64,000 nt of DNA from Convolutriloba macropyga. Taxonomy: Eukaryota. Positions within the stretch are counted from its first letter, which is position 1, and every line of letters begins with the position of its first letter. Under the pieces are notes generated by a model, which had not been told where the DNA came from, did no database searches, and saw nothing but the letters and a program-made list of their open reading frames with translations. Shown in pieces: positions 1 to 13,150 of the stretch. The position numbers and the translations under genes were made by a program. The stretch is taken from assembly GCF_964194025.1 (NCBI RefSeq), contig NC_134472.1, forward strand, positions 36,642,001 through 36,706,000, read 5' to 3'.

Positions 1-1043
1 ACGTCATATGGTCGTGACAGAAATTTTGACAAAATAAAAAACATAGCAGGACAAGTTCTGGCATCCAAAAAATTGATTGACTAAACAAAAGACTAGACAG
101 AGTGGATTATGAATAGGTTGGGAAAACCATGATTCAAAAAATCCAGTAGATAAATGAAAAAATGCCGCATGTGAACAAATGCCACCTGCGACTTTGTTTA
201 AACACCAATCTTTCAATATTTAAAGTTCGAGTAAAAAAATTTCACGCTGCATACAACTGCGTTGTTTACTCCTCTTCCCGTTTCGGCGTGACCAAAATTA
301 CCACTCCAAGTTTTCTTCAAAATTTATGAAAATATGTGAACAGATTTAAAAAAAGATAGCCGAAAGAAATCGGGAAACAAAACAGACAAAACAGCTGGCA
401 CATTGCCAGAAAACAGCCACAATAGCTCCGTAGACCCGCTGTCTCAAAAAGATAAAAAATTCTTTTTAGTAAACGTTGAGGTGTTATATTTTGATTGGCC
501 ATCTGACTTATTGCGGCTGATATTAGATGCCCTCAAACACCCTGCAGTTAGAGTGACACAAACTTATCAGACTTTATCTTAATAGAGTAAAGAAAATTAA
601 ATTTCAGAGTGAGGAAGTCATTTTGACAAGAGTGAGGTAAGTCACGTGTGACCAAAAACTTAATAACGCAGATGAACAAAAAACCACTCTCCACTAAGAA
701 TGAAAAATAACGTCACGCACGCAATTCAGTTGAAATTGCAAGAATGAACGGACAAAAATCAGATTTGAAGTAATTGTGACGTCATGTGGTCGTAACAAAA
801 ATCTTGACGAAATAAAAAACAACATTAAAATGATCATTTCAACTTGACCTCAAAAATCATGAAATTGCGTGAACAGATCTTAAAAAGAAAACAGCGCCCC
901 AATACAATTAAAATTCTTTGAATTGTAACTAAAATTAAAGAGAGGGCGAATAATAGCCCCAGCTATCGCTTTGCGGGCATTAAAAAAGATATACACGACT
1001 ACAATTATTGCTTCAACATTCGTTCGAGAGCAATTAATCTTAC

Positions 1044-1188
1044 TTTCAGTTGTCGCAATTGCAAATCCCCCTGAGGTATGATCATCGTGTGTTGCGAACC
1101 GAGCAGTAGACGATGACCCTCCTCCTCCCGCCAACACCCTGGAACTAGATTGGTGCGTCCCAGTTGACATCATTATGTCATCAGCCAT
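1044..1188 (-). CDS. Probable first coding exon of a host gene continuing beyond the left edge (product unknown)
   Basis: ATG at 1188 opens a Ser/Gly-rich peptide (MADDIMMSTG...GGGGSSS...ATTE) that ends at a good donor (AAA|GTAAGA, 1043). A plausible upstream acceptor (TTATTTCAG) lies near 1386-1395. Confidence 0.4.
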
Positions 1189-1599
1189 TAGTAATTCGAT
1201 TGGTCAGACCTCTTTAGTGTTAATCTATATACTTTTGTAGGTCTGATGATATTAATATTCTGGTAGTATCGTAATGCCCTGAGCAAGATATAAAATGAGT
1301 AAAATTTTTAATGGCGCGTCTATGAGCCAGTCCAATATTCAATCAACTACGCTAACCGAAACATCTCCATAATTCTCAAAACTAATCTGAAATAAATATT
1401 GGGATGCAACAATAATCGCCTCTTACTGTAACTATACGCATATAACCAGTACGAGTAAACAGTAATTCATCGCGCATTCAGTGAAGATGAGACCCCTACA
1501 CACAGACACAGTTTAAAACAAATTTGAATACCAGGAATGACAGTTACATAAAGAACAAAGCACTCCCTACTGACAAAGTCTACGCAACCACTAACGTCG

Positions 1600-2066
1600 C
1601 TTGAACTGCTCTCAAACGACCGGCGAGCGGTTGCCTTCGTCAGTAGCTAGCCACGGTTTAGTGAGGCCAGCTTTAGCTTAATTGAAGGAGCGTGAGGTGA
1701 GCGCAGCGGGGGGAGGGGGCAACGATGGGAGGGGGATCTTTGGCTGCATGAGACCCTTAAAGTCTGAAAGATGTGCACGGTTGGGGGCGGGGGCTGATGT
1801 GGGGTGCGGGATCAATTTCTAAGAACCAACAACTTCACACCATAAGTACAAGTCTCCAAAAAAGTGTCCATGAACCGCATATTTGGAGGATAGTGAGCTG
1901 AAAGGCTCTAAAAGAACTTAATGATCACTGGCCGCTACCTCTTTATCCCGTTTCTGAGAATGAAAAGTCAAATGGGTCAGAGGAAACATCGGTCAAGCGA
2001 AAAATTGCAAAAAAAAGACCAACAGGATTAATATAATTGGTACAAACTTCGTTTTAGAGCAATTAA
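1600..2066 (+). mobile_element. Non-autonomous dispersed repeat (family A) bounded by ~16-bp inverted repeats
   Basis: AACTGCTCTCAAACGA (~1603) is inverted to TCGTTTTAGAGCAATT (~2049), with a G-rich core. The same end motif (TACAAACTTCGTTTGAGAGCAATT) recurs near 1020, 3990, 7660, 15061 (reverse) and 21835. Confidence 0.6.
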
Positions 2067-2281
2067 CAATGATTTCCTAAGCGCTAGTTAAGACATTAAC
2101 GATAATACATTTTAGTATAATTCAGCGTTAATGAAGGTAAAAGATGATGTCATCACGCCACAGCAGCAGCTATAGTGCGACATCAACGAAAGAGTTTAGG
2201 GGAGAGAGAGAGAGAGTGAGATAAAACGTGAACGATAAAGAGAAGCAAAAAACCCCAACCGACAGAGAGAGGGAGAGAGAT

Positions 2282-2455
2282 CTAGGACTAATTTCCGTGA
2301 TGAGATTCGACTCTGCAACTTCTAGTTTTCTAGCCCTCTGAGTAATTAAATCATACAAAAAAATGAAAAGTGCAACATCTAAATGTTTTAATTACTTACA
2401 CCGCTAGAAAACTAGAAGTTGCAGAGTCAAATCTCATCACGGAAAATAGTCCTAG
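2282..2455. repeat. 53-bp inverted repeat pair (2282-2334 / 2403-2455), 68-bp spacer
   Basis: Direct comparison gives 51/53 complementary positions. Confidence 0.9.
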
Positions 2456-2459
2456 CTAC

Positions 2460-3560
2460 AATTTTTAACAACTGCAAATTTTAACAAAATCTTGCTAAAA
2501 TTTGTAATTAAATATCTTCAAAACCATTTCATTGTATCCAGATAATCCAGTATCCCTAACTCAAGCCTTAAACAGTTTCACTGGCTCAAAAAGATCCATA
2601 AACTTGGATTATGATAATAAGTTTCCAAAAACCTGAAAAAAAGTTTCATTGGCTCATAAAGATCCATAAACTTGGAACATGGTAATAAGTTTCCGAGAAC
2701 CTGATAATATTCCAAAAACTTGAAAACATAAATTTTATCAAAAACTGCTAAAACTCGATTAAATAAAATTTTAACAACCATTTCCATAACTCTAGAAACA
2801 ATGCAGCTTATTATCACAGGAGGAGGTTCCTTGGTGCCTGAAAAAAATCAAAACCTTGACATTCAAAACCTTTAAAAAAAATTTGCAAACATTAAAAAAA
2901 ACTGGTTAAATTCGTGACATTAAAACCTTGAAAAGCAATTTCCTATACTTAGAACCTAAGCATTAACCTGTTACCAAACCCTAGAGAAGGTTTCTTGGCT
3001 CTCGAGGCTGGAGAAACCAAAAATGCCAAACAATTCCACAAAGCTTAAAATTCAAAGTTTTTATCAAAAAATTGCTAAAAATTTTAAAATAATGAGTTGA
3101 AAATTAAACCATGGCCAGTAAAATTTTCAAGTAACTTCTTATCAAACCCTAACGGAGGTTTTCTGAGCCCTGAGGCCTAAAAAATCCTGAATAATGACAA
3201 AGGTCACAAAATTGAAAAATCGACAGTTTTGTAAAAAAAAATACTAAAATTCGTGATGTTAGAATCTTGAAAAACATTTCATTACATCTAGAAACTATAC
3301 AAACACCAATAATCAAATCCTAGAGGAGGTTTTTTGGCTCTAGAAGCTAGAGAAACGCAGAAATATGACAAAAATTTTCGAAAAACTTAAAAAAAATTGC
3401 AAGTTTTATCAAAAAATTCGCGATCTTAAAATATTGAAAACCATTCCATTACCACTAGAAACTATGCAGTAACCTATTATCAAAACTTAGGGGAGGTTCC
3501 TTGACACATAGGGCTGAGAAAATTCAAAAAATTACAAACATGTTCAAGAAGCATGAAAAA
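2460..3560 (+). repeat. Degenerate ~170-bp tandem repeat array, within a family-A-ended repeat terminating at ~4017
   Basis: The unit AAAACCATTTC..CTAGAAACTATGC..ATCAAACCCTAGAGGAGGTT..GGCTGAGAAA recurs near 2520, 2780, 2930, 3105, 3270 and 3440. Confidence 0.7.
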
Positions 3561-4184
3561 ATTGTGAAAATTAGTATAAACTTGCCGGTTTTTGTGTGTC
3601 TTACCAAAATATATTGCTCTCAAAATGGTCAAAAAAGTACGTATGTCTTGCACAAAGAACCTTTATCGTCTTTAACAAGCCTCAATTTTAGACTGGTCCA
3701 ACAAAAAATTTGAATAATGACGAAACACACGAAAAATTGCAACATTTTGGGCTCAAAAACTCCTAAAAATGACATTTTATCCTTAAACTACGGCCCTCCC
3801 GGTAGCTTCATGACACTAAGCACTTAATGGACTACTAAACGCGGCTAAGGGCCTCTAATGAAACTTCATGCCCGCTGGGCTCTATCCCCTGTTTATCCCC
3901 TTTTTAAGGACGAAAAGTCAAATGGGTAAGACGAAAAATCGGTCAAGCGAAAAATCGCATAAAAAAGACCAACAGGACTAATATAATTGCTACAAACTTC
4001 GTCTGAGAGCAATTAATAATAAACATAATTTCCAAAAAAATTCATTGAAACGTATTTGAACAACAATTTACACTATGTACAATTTACTGGAAAATAAACA
4101 AACAAGGATGAAATCACAAATTGACCACTCAGTTTTTAATACAAAATCACAGATCAAGGCGCAGTTATTCAAAACGGATTCAGG

Positions 4185-6137
4185 TCAGAACTCCATATCG
4201 GGCAGTGGATTCTGAGCAGAGACTCTAGGAGGTTTCTTCTTTTTGTTCTTCCCCATGACAACTGGCAACCCATGGTCTCTCAAAGGTGCATGTGTGGGCG
4301 ATATCTGGGGGAGAGGTTCCTTTGGGTTGATCCTATCCGTGGAGGCGCTCATTTTAGACATGCGACCTACTGAAGAACTTCTGAACGTTGCAGAACTTTG
4401 GTTATCTGTTTTGCCTTCACTACCTGGCTTCAATTTGCTACCCGTTACTGGCCTTGATGAGTCATTACCACGCGATCGAGAAGAGTTCCCTTCAATATTT
4501 TCTTTATCCAGTATGGTGTTGTAAATTAAGAACCGTTTCCAATCATTCTCAGCATCTTCCAAAGCTAAAGCCTCGTCTTTCAAAGCTATAACTCTCTTTT
4601 TACGCAACCTTTCAACGGATTCCTTAAAAGCAGATCCAAATTCCGATATTGCACTTTGGCCTTTATCATCGTTTCTCAAAACAGCATAAGTAGCTCTAGT
4701 CATCATTTCCGCATGTTGCTTGAACACTTTTAAAAACGTCTTCAAATTTTCATCGGTTGGCTTTTGTGTAAGCCTTTCATAATGAGTCAAAACGTCAGCT
4801 AAAGGATCGCATAATTCTCTTTTCAAGTCTTTATTAAAGCTCTCAAATGCTACTTGAATTAGCTCAAATAAGTCAGTCTGATACTTGACCTGCATCTCAT
4901 GAACTGAGCTGTAAAACTTGCATTCATTCTCGGCCGTTTCTTTAGCAAATTTGGAGACGGTTAATTGTAACTGCATGCATTCGAGAAAAGCCGCGATAAC
5001 TTGTGACACAGCGGACACGTTACTCGTCTTTAGGTGGGGCGCAAAGGCCTTGTAAACTGTCTCCTGAGAAATGCAGAGATTATCCTGCAACTTTATTACT
5101 CTTCTCTTTCGACCACCGTGCCTGTTATTAAAACAAGCTTTATTATTATTATAACTATTACTAGCACCTATAAAGCTACCGCTGTTTCTACTACCAACTG
5201 CAGGAGCGGGATTTGTTGTTGACTTGTTCAATTGAGGCAATAAGAATGTCATGAGCAATAACTCGCTTGAAACTAATTCCAACTGTTGCAAACTTTCTGA
5301 CAACTGGGCTCCCAATTTGCCCGCGGGTAAAGCAACGCAATCCAGCGCGGTCGAATTCTCAAACATAGCCAGAGGATCACAAAGCGCATTGATAGCTTGC
5401 TTAGTAGCCAGTAGACTTTTGTGCGCATTTGAAACTAAAGCTTCCAGACTTTGAAGGCTAATGAGGTCCAGTTTCTGTTGAAAAGTAGTTGATACAATCA
5501 AATCAAGAATTGATAAATCTTCAGGTTCTCTTGCTGCGCTTGACAGACTGTTGAAAGTAGACGCTGTTGTGTCTTGTTCTTTTGAGTTTAGTCTTCTGTT
5601 TGATCCGTAATCAAATAAAACAGGCTGGCCTAACGCTACACAATCTAGAATATGACAAGAATGCGAAAGTTGGTTTTTCACACCATTTAACTTCTCGACA
5701 TTTTGTATGAGGACTTTTCTTGGTACAGAAACCTCTGTATTTCCTACATCTTGAGAAACGTATCTTCGTAAGTCATCACAAGAACGGTCAATGGTTGTCG
5801 CGGCGTCCGAGATTAAACCAGTTCGCTGTTTTATACTTTCATACAAACATTGAATTTGACGTTCTAATTGTAAAACTTGCATTTTGAGCAAATTTATTCG
5901 ACGTTCATCACTTTTCTCATGACATTGCTCACTAGTAAGCTGTTTAACAATTAATTCTAATTCTTGCGTGCGTTTGCTCTGACGCTGATAGTCACTCAAA
6001 AGTTCTTCAGTGAAAATTCTGATATCGCTGACTTTGTCCAGATTAACGTTGAAATACTTTTCGTTCACAACTGCTTCGGTTGATAATTGGGGCGTTCTAC
6101 TGTTTAGTGCGACTCGAGAAGTCATGACTATATTCAT
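4185..6137 (-). CDS. Uncharacterised 650-aa helical/coiled-coil protein, single-exon CDS
   Basis: Long uninterrupted ORF in AT-rich DNA with an in-frame stop 18 nt upstream of the ATG. Heptad-rich segments (RRINLLKMQVLQLERQIQCL), a low-complexity basic C-terminus, and no transposon motifs. Confidence 0.85.
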   Translation of the reverse strand: MNIVMTSRVALNSRTPQLSTEAVVNEKYFNVNLDKVSDIRIFTEELLSDYQRQSKRTQELELIVKQLTSEQCHEKSDERRINLLKMQVLQLERQIQCLYESIKQRTGLISDAATTIDRSCDDLRRYVSQDVGNTEVSVPRKVLIQNVEKLNGVKNQLSHSCHILDCVALGQPVLFDYGSNRRLNSKEQDTTASTFNSLSSAAREPEDLSILDLIVSTTFQQKLDLISLQSLEALVSNAHKSLLATKQAINALCDPLAMFENSTALDCVALPAGKLGAQLSESLQQLELVSSELLLMTFLLPQLNKSTTNPAPAVGSRNSGSFIGASNSYNNNKACFNNRHGGRKRRVIKLQDNLCISQETVYKAFAPHLKTSNVSAVSQVIAAFLECMQLQLTVSKFAKETAENECKFYSSVHEMQVKYQTDLFELIQVAFESFNKDLKRELCDPLADVLTHYERLTQKPTDENLKTFLKVFKQHAEMMTRATYAVLRNDDKGQSAISEFGSAFKESVERLRKKRVIALKDEALALEDAENDWKRFLIYNTILDKENIEGNSSRSRGNDSSRPVTGSKLKPGSEGKTDNQSSATFRSSSVGRMSKMSASTDRINPKEPLPQISPTHAPLRDHGLPVVMGKNKKKKPPRVSAQNPLPDMEF

Positions 6138-6254
6138 CGGAATACGCTCAAGCTACATGTAAATTTGATCACACAAATGTAATCTGAAGAAAAAATATTA
6201 AATGTGAATAAACCAAGCTCTAATTCTGGACTTAATGGACTGAATCTTAAAATA

Positions 6255-6415
6255 ATGGCAACTCTCCAACCAAATAAGGAAAAGGAAGAAAAGAAACAAA
6301 ACATAGTTGCCTTTTGGGTAATGGCAACAACTCAACTTAGCATACGATCTGGACTTTCTACTTCAGCACATGACCTCCTTTCAATCAATATTCACCACTT
6401 AACTATTGTGAAAAA
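6255..6415 (+). CDS. CLN3: CLN3/battenin-like protein, coding exon 1
   Basis: NIVAFWVMATTQLSIRSGLSTSAHDLLS aligns with CLN3 TM1 ([28 protein letters not shown]). Donor AA|GTAAAG, phase 2. Confidence 0.8.
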
Positions 6416-7199
6416 GTAAAGTATGCAACATGAAGGCTCGCTAATGTGCGTTCGCGCATATTGTTCCGACCACCTCTCCTTCGCGAACTTTTGGAACCAA
6501 AAAGTTTTATTGAACCGTTGAATATCGAAAATTGGTAGGCTTTTCAAGCTGACACAAGTTTCGGTAGAACTTTTAAGAACTCAATTTCAAGTAATCGCAT
6601 TTAACAAATTCCCTTTATAAGAACAAATCTTAGATTTCTCGAAACAAAAAAATATAACAGGAGAAAAGCGTTTCTATTATGATTGAATATTTCAACAACG
6701 AGAGGTAATATAAGCTTAACCTCAAAAAATTACCCATGATTTTGAGAAGATCTCTTATTTGAATTTCATCTTCTTCAAAATAAACAACTTTAAATTCTCA
6801 TGAAAAAATAGGATCTTCATAGTTCTTATGGAAAACGCAGAATAAAAATTTTTTGCAGGTTCTGAGCCCCATAAATTAGAAAGATTCAGTTTTTAGAACT
6901 AGGGAGCCAGCTAACCACACTAGCTTCTAATTTGAACTATACGACGCCCCAAAAATTTTTTTAATTTTACTTATTTCACGGACGTTTAAAATTTGCAAAA
7001 AGAGCCTAAAGGCATGCTGACAAAAACTTGAATTCTTTCTGAACAAGCCAGAGACTAGTTGAACAATATCATAATGAGGGCAGCAAAAGTCTTCACTTTT
7101 TCCGCATTTTAGCAATTTCCTGCAAAACTTCGAATTCCAAAAACACTCAAGCAAAAAAAGAGGGTCACCACCTTGATACAAACATCCGACAAACGTCCA

Positions 7200-7684
7200 G
7201 CAAATTGTTCTCAAATAACTGACGAGCAGTTGGCTTTGCAAGTAGCTAGATGTGCGGCTTAGACAGGCTAGCTTTAGTTCAATTGAGGGGGGGGGGGGTG
7301 GTGAGCATGAGGGGAGGGGGGATGGGGGTGGTGAGCACGGCGGTGTGCAAGTGCTCGGAGCTACGGGTGGAATGAGGTCGAGTGGAGGTGGCGGAAGTAG
7401 GAAGTGAAGTAAGGGGGGATTAAAGAGGGTGGATTCAATCTCTAAGAACCACGCTTATATCATGAATTTATGTCTCTTAAATTGATTCGTTGAATCCCAT
7501 ACTTTGTGACTAGTCAGCCTTAAGGCTCTAAGAGAACTTAATGCCATCCGGTCATTACCTGTCTATCACGATTTTGAGGAAGAAAAGTCAAAAAGGTTCA
7601 GACAAAAAATCGCTGCAGCGAAAACCTCACAAAGACCACAGTACCAAAAAAAATTGCTACAAACTTCGTTTGAGAGCAACTAAA
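7200..7684 (+). mobile_element. Family A repeat copy in CLN3-like intron 1
   Basis: Collinear similarity to 1600-2066: AATTGTTCTCAAA start, G-rich core, TACAAACTTCGTTTGAGAGCAAC end. Confidence 0.6.
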
Positions 7685-8199
7685 GATAAGCAAGAAACTA
7701 AGACATTTTGGGTAATATATTCCCAAAAAATCATATGTTCGCTGAACATCACACCAAATCACTACTCAAAACTGATAAGGCAATTCAAAACCTTTTTTAA
7801 TCTAAAAAGGCAACCATTTTACCCCATAAAAAATTTAGAAGTGCAATATTCCGACTGCGTGATTAGAAAATCTGATGATCAAAAATATATTTTAACTGTT
7901 CCTGAGGTCAAAAATAAGTAACATTTTAGAAATTTGTATCAACAATTTTTCTTTATCTCACTTACTTTCTCAAACATAATATAAGAACATTTTTTCCGTA
8001 TTAGAATTTATTATGCTCACTTGTACAAAAATTGGGAATCAGTGTTTCCGGGGCAACAAAATCCAACAATTTTTTTTATTGATAAATTTTAGTATCAACA
8101 ATTCCCTCTATTGGGTCATCTTTTAGATTGATTAGATTGAAATTGTTTTGACATAGCATATAATTTTCTGCGGATAATTGCTGATAATCGATGTTTCAG

Positions 8200-8359
8200 C
8201 CAAGCATCATCTCTCGTGCGTTATCCCGAAACGGAATGCAATGCTAGCTCAACGGGAAGCATAATAGCAGTGTGCTACGTGTTCAACCTGCTGGCCGCCA
8301 TGGTAATCATAATGTGCTGCTATGAAGCTAGTCCAATTGTCAAACTTACTCTCATGGAG
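8200..8359 (+). CDS. CLN3: CLN3/battenin-like protein, exon 2
   Basis: TTTCAG acceptor and GAG|GTAAGC donor. ECNASSTGSIIAV matches CLN3 DCNSVSTAAVLLA; phase fits exon 1. Confidence 0.85.
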
Positions 8360-8649
8360 GTAAGCGCACCATTCAGTTAGGTGGTAACAATTTTCGATTA
8401 TTGTTACAATATTTCGATTTTTCGGGACCAGTCTTCACTACAGCAAATATGAGAAAAAGTTAAACTGATCTTATCGGCTTCTCATGTGGCGCCATTTACG
8501 AAGTCAAGGTCTAAATCAAACATCGCATGTCCCATGTACTCCTCGCTCTACACTCTCGTCCTCATTGTAATATTTAATCCCTTTGATCCTTAAACCTTAG
8601 TTACCTGATCTTGATATTTTCATGAGTTTGACCTCCCCGCTCATTGGGT

Positions 8650-11600
8650 GATTTAAGAAAGAAAGAATTAACTTCGTTGTTGAATAGTTGTAAACAAACA
8701 GGCAACGTGGACAAATAATGAGATCAGAGCGATCTTCTTTTTCAATTTGCCCAATAAATTATTGAAAACGATGACTTGATATACGTTCGTTAAATACATG
8801 AATAATATAGCAAACAAATTATTCAAATAGGATATCAATTCAACAAACTAAAGTAGCACATGTTCAACATTGTTGTTCGCTTCAGTTAAAAACGAATCTA
8901 ATTAGCTCATAGTTCGACACCAGATATGAGTTTTTCAATTTATGACAGAAACTTGTCACTCCAGCTTGGCTACCATTCTCAAAATTAGCGTGAATTATCT
9001 GCATTATTTTTAATTTGTTATTTAGTTTAGCACCTCTAAAACGTAGTGAATTCCGTTCCAACTTTTTTTTTACAAAACGGTTCCTTTAGCAAGTTAAGAA
9101 TCCCACTTCTAGTTTTCCGGTCGTTGGATCTAAATTGAAACAAATTGTTGCACAAATACTGCTGGTGTAGACCACTGGTTGATTTCAGAAAAAAAATTAA
9201 TTAATTCGTATATGTGTAGTTCGTAGATAGTCAACATATTTAACTTTTAAAATTTTACTTTTAAAACTTTTTTCTGCAGTAGGTAGATCGGTAGAAGCGC
9301 TGAGTACGTACAGAAATCATAAACCAAGGCACCATATCGAAATAGTGGTGTCACATTTGAATTGTAGTAAGAAATTAGTTTGATTCAGAGGAACAATGTC
9401 TGAGTTTTGCTAGTATACCACATTAATTACTTAATTTACTTTGCACATGATCGATATGAGCTCGAAAGGAGAACTTACTATCTAATTTTACCCAAAGATA
9501 TTTACAGGAATGCTCAACTTTGATGTCAGTTTTGTTCAATTGAAAACTAAGATTAGCTGGGCCTTTTTTCAAGTTAATTTGAAATGTTTTACTAAGATTA
9601 AGCACAAGCTTGTTACTCTCAAGCCAAAAGTTTATACTATCTAAATCTGAATTTATATTTTCAACAGAAAACCCAACTGCTTCTATGTTAGTATCGTCAG
9701 TAAAAAGTAAAAATTCAACATTTTTACTAGAGGAAGGTAGTTTACATGAATTAAAAACAGAAGAGGGCCCAAAATCGATCCTTGAGGAACACCGTTTTTG
9801 ACTTCGCACCAATCAGAAGAAGTACCATTAATTACAACTTGCTATATTATTCTATTACTCAGATAAGAGTTAAACCATTTCCGTCAGTTGCCTCTAGTTC
9901 CATATCTCTCTAGTTGTTCTAAGAGAAATGTATGATTGATAGTGTCAAAAGCCTTTTTTAAATCCAAAAAGAAACTAACTATTGTCGCATGTTGTTGTCT
10001 CATGCGAACAGATTCGGTTAGCTCAACTAGTGCATCAATTGTACTATGCTTAGACCTAAAGCCAAAATGCTTCTAAAATAAAGAAAAATTTCTCAAAAAA
10101 TTGGTACACGCGATTGTACATAGCTCTTTTAAAAACTTTACTGAAAACTACCAGAAGTGAAATTGGCCTATAATTATTTTGGTCAAGTTTAGACCCCTCT
10201 TTGTGCAGTTGGAGAACTCTTGCTTGAGCCAGTTCTTTAGGAAAACTACCTTTGGCAGGAGAAAAATTTATCAAAAACACAAGGTAGGGGTTGATGACAT
10301 CTGAAGATAATTTTATTAGTATGTTATTAATATCATCAACACCTAGAGATGACTTGTAGTCAAGATTGGTTATAATTTCACCCACCTTTCTCGCAGTAGT
10401 TTTGCAAAGGTACATGGTGCATTGGTGTCTAGGAAAAGAAAACTTTTATTTAGGTGCATACTGACTTGATATCCTACGGAAGCAAAAAATTGTTGAACTC
10501 GTTTGTATTATTTTTATCCGAAGGCTTATCAAACTTCTGATAACAGCTGCTTAGGATTGGCAAATTCTGCGATCTATATGACTTGCTTTTAAGCTCATTG
10601 ACTAGTTTGAAAGTCTGGAGTCCACTAAACATTTTTGGAAAGAATTTAGATAGAATTGCTTTTTGCGCAACTTTAATTGCTTTTCCAGCTATTCTACACT
10701 CTTAAAATTTCTTTAGCAAGTCATTGTTATTTTTGTTTTCTTTATATTTATAATAAGCATGGATGGTTTTCTCTTTTGACGTAAATTTTTTAACCTATTA
10801 TTGAACCACTTCGGGACTTTTCGTTTATTATCGATAGATTTTAAAGGAGCAAAGTCTTGTCACTTTAAGAAAAAGTTGGTTAAATGTGGAAAAAGCATTG
10901 CAAGGATCGACACATTTGTGAATAATGTCACTGTTTTTGTTAAGATAAACTTCAAATGCCATTTTATAACGGCTCACAGCATCCTGATTTTTTACAAAGC
11001 TAGTATCGCGGAACATTAAATCATTTTTATTTATATCTTCACTTCTTCGCCACGTTAGAATAACCGGATTATGATCCGAAAAATTTTGATGCTCTAGGAC
11101 TTCTACAGAAACATGCTTACCCAAATTTTGATGAAATGGTCCAAGCAAGAACTGTACTCATTAGTTGAACGTGTTGGTTCGGGAGAAGAAATACAGAAAC
11201 CATTTGCTGTAATGCTGTTTCAGCAATTTCTGCTCAGCAAATTATTTTTCACAATATCCAAATTCATATCACCACAAATAATGACTGACTTGTTGCTCGA
11301 ACTTACATTTTCTGAAAACTTATCAATCACATTGACAAATTCAACTTTGTTCGAGCGTTTGTACAGTTTTAAGTTTGTTTATTTTTGCAAATATCTACAC
11401 AAAGAGCTTCCTGAAAGTCGATCTTACTTTCCGTTGTAATATTGAAAAACTTGTTTCATTGCAAAATGACTCCACCCTCTTTAGAATTCCTATTCCTGGC
11501 TACAAAACTATTGTATCCAGTAACAGGATAGTTGGAAGTTTCATCTGTTTCAGAAAGCCAGGTTTAGTTAAACAAATTACATCAGGTTGTACATCCAGAC

Positions 11601-13150
11601 TATAAATAAAAGCTTCTAGGTTCAACAAATTTTTTCTAAGAGATCTTACATTTACATTGAGAATAGTTCTAGTTTTTGTGTTACTTTTAAGTACTGAACC
11701 TTCAGTATTAGGAACGAAAAAAAAAGATATTTGTCCAGAACTTGGTCCGGAAAACTGAAATTTGAAGAACTTCAGGGCATCGCTGAATAATGTTGGATTT
11801 TCTGTTTTTCGTGTGGAAAGTTGGCTGCCGAAAAGTTTGATTATTGATATTTGCGCGTGGTGGTGGAATAAAGGAGTTGAAACAATTTAGTACACTTTCT
11901 ATGCTATAATTGAGATCAATTCCACCTTCATACAAACCATGAATTTTGTAGGCTAAATTGTCGTATTGCCACTCATAGAACAAAGTGCCCTCCCTTGACC
12001 ATACTGAATTGATTCTATCATCTGCCTTCATCAAGTTGCTAAAATTAACTCTCGCTTTGTGTCCGATTGAGCCATGTTTCCTATCTTTTTCATGTAGTCA
12101 AGTTTTGTTACTCTGCGCACAAATTTTGCTACTATTGGTTTTCTTTCGGAATTTGACGGTAGACGGTGCGCAATTGAGATTTCCTTCAAATTCATACCTA
12201 TGTCCACTGCAACATCAACAACTAACTGCAATGTCTGTTGATAATTTTCTTTACCTTCAGTCGAACATGGAGATAGCCCAAGCAGTTTGATATTATCTCT
12301 TCTTTTATACGTTTCTAAGAGCTCCGATTCAAAAAGAGTTTTGAGCTCAGATTTGGCAGCTTCGAAGTTGACTTTGCCATCGAGTTCATTTCTTAGGTCA
12401 CTAAATTTGGCATCGACAATCTCACTGATAGTATTGCGCAGTTCTGTCCTAATGGTTATCAATTGATCTTTTAATGCTTGATTCTACTGTCTTCTCTAAA
12501 TTCACATCTGAATTCGTCTCTTCCGCCGAACTAAGAACAGAACAGCTCCTTTTAACACTTTTTGCAACGGGACTATCAAGGTCTTTACCATTTCTAATTG
12601 GTGTTTCTCCGTGAAATCTGAGTTCGTGCATTGCTTCAGAGAAATTACACGCAATTTTGCTTTCCAGGAATGTCGAGTTTGCTATATCGTTGATTGCTGT
12701 CCTATCCATTTGAATTTCATTTCCAACAGAATTTGTAGCTTCTGACATCATTTGAGGATCTCTAGTCGACTACAAAAGTTAAATTTAAGGACAGATTACA
12801 TAAATTTACAAACTCAAAGAACAAAAAAATATGGAGAATAAACACGAACAGTATGCCGAATAGTAGTATTTAGTACTTAACTTCAGTCGAATAGAATTTA
12901 AACTTTATTGCCTTTAGCAGTTCCAAGATATCAAAATCTCAAAAACTGCCTGTGCTGATTAAGCAAAATATCAAATTACGAAGGAAGCATTCATAACTGT
13001 TGTGCGTTTCAACCAAATTATAAGCAAGCAACTAGTCCGCTGCAATTATAGCACCACAGAGTCAATTCCTCAGCAACGATCTCAGACGGCAGCTCCAAGA
13101 TAATGAAATCTCAAAGTTTGCCCCAGAGATCAAAGCTAAGAAACCGAAAC
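8650..13150 (-). mobile_element. Decayed CR1/L2-group LINE (ORF1 ~12750-11700; ORF2 APE+RT ~11690-8950) in CLN3-like intron 2
   Basis: ORF1 motifs RRDNIKLLGL and ISIAHRLP..KPIVAKFVRR. APE motifs NVNVRSL, ICGDMN, FSDH. RT motifs NNYRPISLL, FLDLKKAFDTINH, GVPQGSILGP, LFTDDT. Many frameshifts; ends approximate. Confidence 0.9.

Noticed and set aside
4243-5454. Several plus-strand short ORFs
   Set aside because: Antisense shadows of the 650-aa gene.
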